Part shown: positions 31,443 to 41,700 of the stretch, one piece after another | How positions within the stretch are numbered: position 1 is the first letter of the stretch | How the letters are laid out: every line of letters begins with the position of its first letter | Source of the DNA: Candidatus Sulfomarinibacteraceae bacterium | GTDB taxonomy: Bacteria > Acidobacteriota > Thermoanaerobaculia > Thermoanaerobaculales > Sulfomarinibacteraceae | Direction of reading: 5' to 3' | Assembly: GCA_963796455.1 (NCBI GenBank) | Contig: CAWCLO010000006.1 | Coordinates: 160,001-224,000, forward strand | DNA length: 64,000 bases | The notes under the pieces: model-generated | The model's input: the letters and a program-made list of their open reading frames with translations, nothing else | What the model was told of the DNA's origin: nothing | The model's database searches: none | Translations under genes and position numbers: made by a program

Positions 31443-32582
31443 TCACGGCGCCGTTCGAAACATGGAGTATCCGCTGTGAGCAAACCAAGGGTCGCTCTTT
31501 TGGCTGCGATCGCAAGCCGCCACTCGCCAAATGTAGTAGATGTTCGCCACCAGCCCATTGGCCTGTGTCAGAGTGTAGTAATCACCCGGGGCCCAGTCGG
31601 CAACCATCGGCGTCCACTGCTGGGTGGCCGCATTCCACCACCAGATCTCGATCCAGAAAGCGAGCGGATCTCCGTCCGGGTCACCGTTGTTCTGCCACGA
31701 AAGCTGGATGGCCCCCTCATATCGCAACGGAAACGGAGATTCCCACCCTCCGGGAGAAACGGTAGGTGCATTCGGAGGTCGATTGACGGCTGGAGGTGCA
31801 ACGGTCGGTTGCGGCGGCGGTGGCGAGACCTGGCCACCGCAGTCGGTGCAGGCGTAGACTCGTGCGTCCTTCCCGACAACAATCGGCTGTCCACCCTCGG
31901 ATACCGACACCCGGGCCGCGCCCTGCGGTGGTCGGTGCCGCCGCCACTGGTTTCCGTCGTGGCTCCAGAGATTGCCGCCCGTGTCGGCCACCCACACGTG
32001 GCCGCGGCCGTCGATGTCGAGATCGCCGACTTTCGGCCCGCCGCTCACCTCCAGGTTCGTCCACTTGCCGTTGGTGATGCGGTGGGGCCCACCGCCGTTC
32101 CCGATGGCCGCCATGACACCGGCGGCGTTGCTCTCGATCCCCAGACCGTAGCCGATTTTGGCGTTCTTCCATCCCTGGCCGTCGAAGTAGTGAAAGTGCC
32201 TGCCACCCCCCAAGGAGGCCCACGGCCGGTTCTGGGCGTCCACCGAGATCCTCGAGGCAGTGGCGCCGGGGATCTCGTTCCAGCCCGAGCCGTTGCTCTT
32301 GTAAATTTTCCAGCCCGAGGGCCCCGCGACCACCGGTTTCTGATCCGGTCCGACATCGATGACCGTGGCCCCGGTCAATGGCGTTGCGTGCGGCTGCCAA
32401 CCAGAGCTGGTGGCAAAATAGATCCGATTGTCCTCCCCCACGACCCATACCGTGGTCCCGGAGATGGATACGTCCTTGGCCTTGATACCGATGTCGTTCC
32501 ACTGCTCGGCGCCGGACGGATCCGCAGACAGAATCAAAACCACGAATACAACGAGAAGAACCATAGGATGTAACCGTTTCAT
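31443..32582 (-). CDS. Secreted tectonin-like beta-propeller protein with C-terminal FN3-like domain
   Basis: Signal peptide; repeated W..I.G.A..ISV...PWV blades; Pro linker; NRPPNAP..LSWQ..DPDGDP..YYIWRVAA; AGGAGG RBS. Confidence 0.75.
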   Translation of the reverse strand: MKRLHPMVLLVVFVVLILSADPSGAEQWNDIGIKAKDVSISGTTVWVVGEDNRIYFATSSGWQPHATPLTGATVIDVGPDQKPVVAGPSGWKIYKSNGSGWNEIPGATASRISVDAQNRPWASLGGGRHFHYFDGQGWKNAKIGYGLGIESNAAGVMAAIGNGGGPHRITNGKWTNLEVSGGPKVGDLDIDGRGHVWVADTGGNLWSHDGNQWRRHRPPQGAARVSVSEGGQPIVVGKDARVYACTDCGGQVSPPPPQPTVAPPAVNRPPNAPTVSPGGWESPFPLRYEGAIQLSWQNNGDPDGDPLAFWIEIWWWNAATQQWTPMVADWAPGDYYTLTQANGLVANIYYIWRVAACDRSQKSDPWFAHSGYSMFRTAP

Positions 32583-32738
32583 TGTCCTGTCCTCCTGCCG
32601 TTCATTTCTGTGCCTGTGGCGCAATTCTACACGACGCAAAATCGTTTGTGCGATTGAGAATCGATTTAAATCTAAGCAATCAATCTTGCAACAATGTCGA
32701 ATCATCGTAGAATCGGCGCACACAAAGAGGAGGTCGCA

Positions 32739-34163
32739 ATGGAAACGCTACCCGGCAATGGGGTCGATGCGCTACCCGGTCTTGGAGCCTTCTTCGGACT
32801 CAGCCTGCTCTGCGGATTGGTGCTCTACATCTACTTCTGCTTCATGCTGATGAAGATCGCCAACCGAACTCAAACTCCCGATGGGTGGATGGCGTGGATC
32901 CCGATTCTCAACTTCGTTCTGATGTGCCGGATCGCCGGCCGCCCGAGCTGGTGGGTGATTCTGATGCTCATTCCGTTCGTCAATCTGATCGCCTTCATCG
33001 TGATCTGGATGGGCATCGCCGTGGCCTGCGGCAAGGACAGTTGGATCGGGTTGCTCATCATCGTTCCAGTCGTCGGACTCTTGATGCCCGCCTACCTGGC
33101 GTTCTCGGGCGGCCTGGGAGTTGCGCCATCTGCCAGACCAAAGGCCCCCGTCGCTTCGCCTCCCGCACGCAGTGCCACCGGCTGTGCGGCTTGCGGCGCC
33201 GGCGTCGATCCCGGCGACTCCTTCTGTGGCAGCTGCGGCCAAGCGATACCGCAGACGGTCCCCGCCGCGCCCTCCACACCATCATCGGGGCCGAGGTTGG
33301 TCCTGGCTTTGGTCGCCGTGGCGGCGATTGTGGGCATGGCTGCCATCGGTTTTCTCGGCTACCGCATGCTGAGCAGAGCGGCCGCCAGCGCCGCCTCCGG
33401 GTTCGAGCTGGAGAATCCCACGGCCGATAACAAGTCTCGGATCCGGAGCCCTCCTCCCGCAACGAGGCGGACGGCGACGTCCACCACTACGGATCGCTCA
33501 ACGAGGCCGTGCAGGCCGATGCCCAACCGACGGATCAGCGGATCACGAAACCTTCCAGGTCACCGAGGACGATTCCTACGAAGGCGCAGCGCCGCCCATT
33601 GGTGTGCAGAGTTCCACCGTCGATCTCGGCTCCGGGGTCGAGACCGGGCAAGGCGCCCCGCTGGTTTACCGAGAATCCAGTGGCGCATCGTTAGGCACCA
33701 ATGACGAACTGATCGCTGCGGCCATCGAAGGTCCGGTCGATAGGGTCCTGGATCTGATCGGCCGCGGGGCCAACGTCAACGCCCGGACGAGACCGGACAG
33801 ATTCCCCTGGTGATGGCCGTCCTCGGAGGTGACCCCGACATCGTCGGCACGCTCGCAGCCGCGGGCGCCGACCTCAACGCAACAGACTCCGAAGGGCGGA
33901 CTGCTCTCCACTACGCCATTGACCCGTTCATCACCGATATCCTGCTGACCTCAGGGGCTGATGCCAACGCCCGGGACCGCAACGGCATCACCCCGCTGAT
34001 GGAAGCGGCCGATGCAGGCGAGGCGGAGACGGTCGGGATGCTTCTGGATTACGGCGCAAATCCAGGCGCAAGGGATTCGTCGGGCAGATCCGCGATGTCG
34101 ATCGCCCGCGAAAATGGTTTCGACGATATCGAGCAGCTTCTCGAGAACGCGGGTGGGATGTAG
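32739..34163 (+). CDS. DUF5684-like membrane domain + zinc ribbon + TM + ankyrin repeats; ~3 frameshifts (~33430, ~33535, ~33787)
   Basis: GWMAWIPILNFVLMCRIAGRPSWW..LIPFVN (DUF5684-like); CAACG..FCGSCG; ankyrin GANVNAR/GRTALHYA/GITPLMEAA in later frames; could be two genes. Confidence 0.7.
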
Positions 34164-34165
34164 GG

Positions 34166-37100
34166 TCAGTCTTTTCGCGCGAAGATCCAGCTGAAACGGA
34201 ACTCGTAATCGGTTCCCGTTTTCGGATCGTCGAGGGAACGTACGATATCCGCCGGGGAGTTGATAAAGCTTTCCCTCGGCGAGAAGAGTTGAACCTCCGA
34301 AAGCAACCCCGCCTCTCTTGATTTCAAGGTCAGAGAACGAAACCCTGACGGTTTCAAAGGGATGTCCGCCAGCATCGGGTCTGAAACAGGCATGAGCGCA
34401 ACGCTCTTCACCGTCAGGTAGTACTCCCCGTCAAAGCGGCGGATGCTGAACTTCGCCGGCAAACCAGGAGAACGAATCAACTTACCAAGGGCCGGCGCAA
34501 CCTCCTCGACACCCTTGATCAATTCGCCGCCCAACTCCTCCATGAATTTCTGGTCCTCTTGCGCCTCTCGTTTTTGGCTGCGCTCGTGATCGGTGGCCGT
34601 GGGCAAGCGACGGATTCTGGCCCTCTCCTGATCCACCTGCTCGTTATAGATGCTCCTGACCTGGACCATGCTTTTGGTGAGGTAGAGGCCGTGCGTCTCG
34701 CGGACGAAACCCGACCAGTCGCCGACAAAGGGATCGCGATTCGGGACCGGTGCCGGGTGACTTTCATTGCCGAACTCGTCGATAACGCTCACCGTGAAGA
34801 CGTAGTCGTCGGTCGAAGGCATGCCGGGGTCGTAGTCGTAAGACTCCAGTCTCGTTCGATCGACCCGGCTGAACGCAGAGTTCGGCTGCCCCGCAAGCTT
34901 CCGAAAGACCTGATACTCGCGCCAGACCTCTGGATAATTTTTGAGGGCGACCTCGTCCCACTCGACCTGCCAGGTATTTGCGGGCGTTTGCCAGTACCGA
35001 ACGTTTTCCGGGGGGACCAAAAGCCACCGCTGGACATTTACTCCGCGAACCGACTCCTCCAGTGAACGGTTGACCGCCACTACCGTGACGCAGTCGGGAT
35101 GAGATTCTTGACCGACCTGGTCGATCACCAGGATCGGCAGTTTGTCCGGCGCCAGGGGGATCTTTTCCATCGGATCCGGGCGGCCGGGATAGGGTGCGAA
35201 TCCGATGCATTCATCCTTCCCCATATACAGCGCCAGGTCCGGCGAGACAGGCTCGTTGCTTTCGAATCGAACCACCAGCTTCGCTTTTTGGGTTTCGGGA
35301 AACTCCCCCACGCTCATGTAGACAGCTTCAGCGGAAAGATGCGGCAGGTGGCGGCGCCCGTGTTTTTCTTCAACCCCGAACTCGTGTGACGCCCACGGAT
35401 TGACAAAATGCCAGGAGGTACCGGGTAACCCGATTGAGACGTTGATGAACTTCTTATCGGTCAGAGAAAGCGCCTCCATCAGAACCGGCTGAAAGGCGCC
35501 AGTGTGGTATCCCGGGACCATACCTGGAGATCGCCCATGCCCCTTCCAGAACTCGTTGTGGAAAAAATCCAGTGCGAATTCCGTAAACAGATCGGCCAGA
35601 CCCCGATTGCCACCCTTCAAAGTTTTTCTACCCGCCGCATCGAGATCCTCGAGCTCGACGAAATGACCCAACCAGCTTTCAGCCGCAGCCACGAGAAACT
35701 TCAACCCGGCTCGCGTGCCGAAGCCCTGGTCCAACCACCGCGGAAAAACGAAGTACGGGTCGATGACCAATCCACCCGCGTCCATCGGCCACTGAGGGAT
35801 GACGCCACCTTTCACTACCGACGTCGGCAAAAGCCGTTTCAGTGGCCGTCCCTGATCCTCCCAGTAATGGAAGGCGACGTAGGCGGCCATGAGATCGATG
35901 AACCATCCCGAATAACGGGCCGTGAGCGCGCTGAAATGCTCGTCGAGCGCTACGTTTGTAAGTTCGCGCGCCGCGGCGTAGCGGATGATCTCGTCGGCTG
36001 GGACCCGCGCCCTCGCGGCGAGACTAATCAGCTCCGACGAGACGAACAACGGTCCGCCGAGTTGCGTGGCTCCAAACCAATGTCCGATGCCCTGAACGAA
36101 TACGTCGTGCCGGATGATTTTGACCACCGGCACATCGAGACCCATCTTGTTGAAACCCGTCAGACAGTCCTCCAGCAGTTCTCCGAGATACCGCACGTAG
36201 AGTGGATGGCCGTCCGGGGTGTTTTTGCCACCAAACGTAACGCCGGCCTCACGAAAAGCCTTGTCGTCCGGGACGGCATGTTTCCCGGTCGTCACATAGT
36301 GGATCTTGAAGTTTCCTCTCGGTGTTTCGTACTCGAGTCCAGAGGTAACCCACCACGCCGCTGAGTAGACCTGTGCGCGACCCGTGCTGGTCCCCGCGAC
36401 CGCTCCCACCGCCGCAAGACCGGCCACACCCACCGGCCACGCGACACTTGTACCAGCACCAGCAGCAGCAGCCAGGTTGAGCGTGCTGCCCGCAATCTGC
36501 GGGACCAGGGCAGGGGTTGGGATAGCCGCAATGGGGGCGGCGACGCTTGCATGCGGGAGTTCGGCGGTGATGGTTTTTTTCTCGCGATCGATCCGCGACG
36601 GGAACGCCACCCAGCGGCCGTTTTCCCAGCATGCGATAGCCGGCAGATCCCCATCGCTCAGCCCTTCATAGGGCAAGGTCAAGGTCACCGGTCGTTGAAA
36701 GGTGTAGTGCTCCCGGTCACCGATGCGGAGGTCCACCGCCGGTCCGGCGAATGGTGCCGCCATCTCGTCCGAGACCCTGAGCAACGGGGTCATCGATATC
36801 TCTGTGGCGATACCGATGGCGCCGGGTGGGACCTTGAGAGATGCAGTTTCTGAAAATGCCAACTCGGCGCCGCTCGCGGGCTCGTAGTGTGTCGCGACCC
36901 GGCCGAAATCGAAGTCGACCCGTTCACCCGGAGGTTGGGGCTCGGACCGCTCACCGGTCGTCGACTGCTCCTCGGCCCACCGCGCCCACGCTTCCGGATT
37001 GTCCACCAGCGTGATGTGCGGTTCGTACCGCGGCCCCCGCCAGAACGCCATCCGGTCGAACCATTTCGGATTGATCCACAGGACCAGTACGAGCTCCACC

Positions 37101-37180
37101 AGAAGTACGACTGTCAGGCAGAATGATCGAGAAGCAACCGAGGCAGCCGAGGTTCGATTGCTTGCCGTGGGGGCGTTCAT
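34166..37180 (-). CDS. Large membrane-anchored protein: ZU5-like domain, degenerate zincin (MXAN_6640-like) domain, FN3-like domain
   Basis: TM helix; ASLKVPPGAI..FQRPVTLTLPY..ITAELPHAS (ZU5-like); GNFKIHYVTTG..PLYVRYLG..AARELTN..WFIDLMA; DYVFTVSVIDEFGNES (FN3-like). Confidence 0.75.
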   Translation of the reverse strand: MNAPTASNRTSAASVASRSFCLTVVLLVELVLVLWINPKWFDRMAFWRGPRYEPHITLVDNPEAWARWAEEQSTTGERSEPQPPGERVDFDFGRVATHYEPASGAELAFSETASLKVPPGAIGIATEISMTPLLRVSDEMAAPFAGPAVDLRIGDREHYTFQRPVTLTLPYEGLSDGDLPAIACWENGRWVAFPSRIDREKKTITAELPHASVAAPIAAIPTPALVPQIAGSTLNLAAAAGAGTSVAWPVGVAGLAAVGAVAGTSTGRAQVYSAAWWVTSGLEYETPRGNFKIHYVTTGKHAVPDDKAFREAGVTFGGKNTPDGHPLYVRYLGELLEDCLTGFNKMGLDVPVVKIIRHDVFVQGIGHWFGATQLGGPLFVSSELISLAARARVPADEIIRYAAARELTNVALDEHFSALTARYSGWFIDLMAAYVAFHYWEDQGRPLKRLLPTSVVKGGVIPQWPMDAGGLVIDPYFVFPRWLDQGFGTRAGLKFLVAAAESWLGHFVELEDLDAAGRKTLKGGNRGLADLFTEFALDFFHNEFWKGHGRSPGMVPGYHTGAFQPVLMEALSLTDKKFINVSIGLPGTSWHFVNPWASHEFGVEEKHGRRHLPHLSAEAVYMSVGEFPETQKAKLVVRFESNEPVSPDLALYMGKDECIGFAPYPGRPDPMEKIPLAPDKLPILVIDQVGQESHPDCVTVVAVNRSLEESVRGVNVQRWLLVPPENVRYWQTPANTWQVEWDEVALKNYPEVWREYQVFRKLAGQPNSAFSRVDRTRLESYDYDPGMPSTDDYVFTVSVIDEFGNESHPAPVPNRDPFVGDWSGFVRETHGLYLTKSMVQVRSIYNEQVDQERARIRRLPTATDHERSQKREAQEDQKFMEELGGELIKGVEEVAPALGKLIRSPGLPAKFSIRRFDGEYYLTVKSVALMPVSDPMLADIPLKPSGFRSLTLKSREAGLLSEVQLFSPRESFINSPADIVRSLDDPKTGTDYEFRFSWIFARKD

Positions 37181-37882
37181 GACAGCACCCCCTTCATGGT
37201 GAGCACAATGAGCACGAAAAGAGCAAAGTCGATGGCCAACCAGGTCTGGAGGCCGATTCAGGGCCACCCTCCGCGACCGACCCGGCCGCCGGCGTCAGCA
37301 ATCCGCCGAGCCCCCATGTGCGCCTCGACAAAACCGACAACCCAGGGGATGACGAGCGGGCTGAAGACCAACAGCAGGAATCCAAGGAAAGGCTTTCCGT
37401 TGTATGACTGACCGGCCCCCGGAACCAGGATCCCCGAGAATAACGCCACCACCGGGCTGTGGCGGCGCGCTCCGGGTGCCAGTTCGACGACCGGTGGAGG
37501 AGCCTCTTTTCTTGGCGTCGGCGCGGCTTGTTTCTTCGGAGGCGGGGTCATCTTTGGTTTCGGCTTGGGGGGCTGTTTTGACTCGACACGGGCATCCGAC
37601 GAAGAGGAACCGCAGGAACTGCAAAACCGGGCGTCCGAATCGAGCTTGGTTCCGCACGATCCACAGACCAGAGTCTGGATCGGCAACGGCCCGGCCTCGA
37701 GAATCCTCTCGGCTCCGCATTTGGAACAGAATCTCTTGCCCTTTGGAATCTCAGCGCCGCAATCGCTGCAGGTGGGCCTCGGTGACCTTGGGGCAGGCCT
37801 TTCCGAGAGCCCCCCCACACGTGGTGCAGAAACGCGTTTCCAGTCGGTTTCGGTGCCCACACTCGCCGCAGGTAGTACTCAT
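37177..37882 (-). CDS. Multi zinc-ribbon membrane protein; frameshift at ~37780 and in-frame TGA at 37258-37260
   Basis: CGECG..FCTTCG, CSDCG..FCSKCG, CGSCG..FCSSCG; SPVVALFSGILVPGAGQSYNG TM motif; reading past TGA gives IGLQTWLAIDFALFVLIVLTMKGVLS* overlapping the next ATG (ATGA); AGGAGG RBS. Confidence 0.75.
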
Positions 37883-38002
37883 CGACCTGCGCCTCCTTTG
37901 GCTGATTGAGCGAGATTGTACAGGCACCGGATCTTTTTTGGGAATACGTTGTCTCAATACGCTGAGTGATTATCAGGACGAGACGCAACAGGCGATCGTG
38001 AT

Positions 38003-38515
38003 TCAGGGACCGGTGTTCCCGTCGTCCGTCACATCCACCGCCACCGCGTAGCAGAGTTCACGATCCGGATCCACGATCGCGGTCCACTCGAAAACTATGT
38101 AGCTTCCATCAGCAGCCAGGTGTCGATTTCGAAATCCCCGGGTCTGCTCGCCGGCCACCAGCTGTTCCATCACGTACATGGTCTCGAGGTGGTCTGCCGG
38201 ATGTACGCGATCCAAAAACGAGCTCTCGAGAATTTCCTGCTCCGAGTAGCCGAGGGTGTCGCAGAGCTTTTGGTTGACCCGCAGAAATCTACCTTCGACC
38301 AGGTCCGCGATCACGAACATCACCAGCGTCTGGTCAAAAAAGCCCTCGATGATTTGTGCTGCCTCGGGCACAAGGGCTGCGTCCTCGACGCGAATGCCGA
38401 GTAGTTTTTCCAACTCGATCACCCGTGCTCGAAGAGCTCGGACATCATCAGTGAGGATGGGGTCGATAATCTGGGCCTTTCTCTCCTCGGGCCGAAGTTC
38501 GTTTACTTTACCCAA
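38003..38515 (-). CDS. Stand-alone PAS-domain protein with N-terminal coiled coil
   Basis: GRFLRVNQKLCDTLGYSEQEILESSFLDRVHPAD..FRNRHLAADGSYIVFEW; start codon uncertain. Confidence 0.8.
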   Translation of the reverse strand: MGKVNELRPEERKAQIIDPILTDDVRALRARVIELEKLLGIRVEDAALVPEAAQIIEGFFDQTLVMFVIADLVEGRFLRVNQKLCDTLGYSEQEILESSFLDRVHPADHLETMYVMEQLVAGEQTRGFRNRHLAADGSYIVFEWTAIVDPDRELCYAVAVDVTDDGNTGP

Positions 38516-38707
38516 TGTATGTTCTGAAATCCACTATTGGGAGTTGGATGCCAATCAACTTCAGTATTCGAGTCAAAACGAATCTGATGCCGGACTTTTC
38601 ATAGGGTCCCAGGTGGAAACTTCGGGGGTGCTAGAATCTGAGTCACACTATCAGACTCATCGCGACTCACAGCAATAGCCGGGGGGGTTCCGGCAGAAGG
38701 AGCAAAG

Positions 38708-41700
38708 ATGTCGAAACAACGATTTGTTATCGTTCTTGCCGTTCTTTCAATGATTGCCGCTGCACCCGGGCTCGGGGCCCAGGACCTGATCATCACCGGT
38801 GTGATCGACGGCCCGCTCAGCGGAGGAATTCCGAAGGCAGTCGAATTCTACGCCGTGAATGCCATTCCCGATCTCTCGATCTACGGCTTCGGTTCGGCCA
38901 ACAACGGTGGCGCGGGTGGAGTCCAAGAGTTCACATTCCCTTCATTGAGTGTCAGTTCCGAGGCCTTCATCTATGTCGCAAGCGAAACGACTGGATTCAC
39001 CACGTTTTTTGGATTTGGACCGGACTCCACGAGCAGCGCCGCAAACATCAACGGTGACGACGCCATTGAGCTTTTCCAGAACGGATCGGTGGTCGACGTT
39101 TTCGGAGAGGTCGGCGTCGACGGAACCGGACAACCCTGGGAGTACACGGACGGCTGGGCCTACAGGGTTGATGGAACGGGCCCCGATGGAACGACGTTTG
39201 TCCTTGGTAACTGGTCGTTCAGCGGGCCCAATGCACTCGATGGTGAGACCACCAACGACACGGCCGCAGTACCATTCCCGATCGGCACATATGTTGCCGG
39301 GTCTCCTCCCCCGCCCGCCGCACCGGATCTGCTCTTGACTGAACTCGTTGTCACCCCGACCGGTGGCGAGTTCATCGAGATCCACAATCCCACAGCACAG
39401 AACATCGATCTGTCGGATGTTTATCTGACCGACGCCACCTTTGCCGGCGGCAACACCTTCTACTACAACATCGTGACCGGCAGTAATGCCGGCGGCGGCG
39501 GATTCGGGGATTTCCACGCCCGCTTCCCCGATGGCTCCTCCATCGGCCCCGGTGCCTACCAGACTGTGTCGCTCGCCGGCTCTGATGACTTCTTCGCAGA
39601 GTTCAGCAGCAATCCCGACTACGAACTTTATGAGGACGGAACACCGGACGCCATTCCCGACATGCGTGAAGCCCTGCCAGGGTCGATCAACGGCCAGGGC
39701 GGTCTGACCAACAACGGCGAAGTGGTCATCCTCTATACCTGGGATGGACTGTCCGATCTGGTGGCCGATATCGACTATGCGGTATGGGGCGACAAGGCGG
39801 AAGCCGTCGACAAGACCGGAATCTCCATCGACGGGCCCGACGCCGATTCCGACACCTCGACCTATTTGGACGACACGGCCATCCCGTCGCAAGACGTTGT
39901 TGATGTGGGAGGTCATGCGATTGGAACATCCTTCCAGCGGGTCGATCTCGCCGAAGGTACCGAGACCCAGACCGGCGGCAACGGTCTCACCGGTTCCGAC
40001 GAGACCTCTGAAAACCTCTCGGCAACCTGGTCCACGGACACGACTCCCACCCCGGGCGGTGCCTATGTCCCGCCGACCCCGCCGACCGTATGGATCATCA
40101 ACGAGATCCACGCTGACCCGGCGGGCGATATCAGCGGCGACGCCAACAATGACGGCGAACGCGATGGCTCTGATGACGAGTTCGTCGAGATCATCAATGT
40201 CAGTGGTTCGGTGGCGGACATCTCCGGTTGGACCCTCGCCGACGGCTTCGGCGTCCGTCACGTCTTCCCGGCTGGAACGATCGTCGAGAACCAATGCGGC
40301 GTCGTGGTTTTTGGCGGCGGCGTCCCGACCGGACCCTTCGGCGGAGTCGTTGTGCAAACGGCATCGGGTGGATCATTGGGTTTCAATAACTCGGGCGACA
40401 CCGTCACACTCAACAATGGATCGGCCGATGTCGCCGTCGCTTCCTACGGTGGCGAAGGCAGCGACAACCAATCCCTGACCCTCGACCCCGATCTCACCGG
40501 CGCACCCTGGACCAAGCACAGCATCGCCACCGGCTCCGGCGGCTCGCTCTTTTCGCCCGGAACCCTGGTTGACGGCTCACAATTCGGCGGCTGTCCCTTC
40601 GTGGGGGTCGAGTATCGCGAGATCTTCGAGATCCAGGGCAACGGTCTCGTTTCACCCTATGTGGGTCAGACGGTGTTGACCGAGGACAACGCGGTCACCG
40701 CCCTGGCCCCCGATGGTTTCTTCATGCAGACTCCGGCAGGCCGAAGCGATGGCGATGTGGACACCTCCGACGGCATTTTCGTTTTCACCGCCGGCGCGCC
40801 GACCGTGGCGGTCGGTGACCGGGTCGATGTCACCGGTGTGGTGGCCGAATTTTTCTTTTTCACCGAGCTCAACTCGCCGACGGTGACCATCGTGGGTGCC
40901 GGTTCGGTGCCCGGCGCGGTCGCATTCAATGCAGCTGTTCCGACACCCGATCCGGCCTTCCCATCGTGCGCCATCGAGTTCGAGTGCTACGAGGGCATGA
41001 AGATCGACGTGGCCAATGGGACGGTCACCGGCCCCAACCAGCGTTTTGGCACCGATCCCATCGCGGAAGCCCACATCGTCACCTACTCCGAACGCGCCTT
41101 CCGTGAGCCCGGCGTCGAGTTCCCGGGACTCGGGATGCCACCCATCCCGACCTGGGACAGCAACCCGGAGGTATTTGAACTCGATCCCGACAAACTGGGT
41201 CTGCCGAACCAGATCCTGCCGGGAGGTTCCACCTTCTCGGCCACCGGTGTGCTCGGCTACGAGTTCGGCGGCTATGAATTGTGGCCCACCGAACTCACAG
41301 TCGATCCGGTCACTCTGCCCCGGATGGTCTGGCCGCGCGAAATCGGAGAGTTCACGGTTGGAAGCCTCAATCTCTACCGGCTCTTTGACGACGTCGACGA
41401 CCCCATCGACGATCAGGGACGAAATGATGCGGTGGTCTCCACCGCCGAGTACACGACCCGTTTGGTGAAGCTTTCGGCCCACATCCGCTTGGTGCTTGAT
41501 GCACCGGATGTTTTGGCAGTTCAAGAAGCAGAAAAACTCGGCGTCCTCGAGGATCTGGCGGACCAGATCGCATTCGACGATCCGAGCATCTCCTACCGCG
41601 CCTATCTCGTTGAGGGCAATGACGTCGGGACGATCGACATCGGTTTCATGGTCCGTGATGGTGTCAACGTCGACACCATCACCCAACTCGGCAAGGACGA

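Noticed and set aside
37258..37260. Selenocysteine or genetic code 4/25 recoding
   Set aside because: Context favours Trp rather than Cys, no evident SECIS, and many genes here end in TGA
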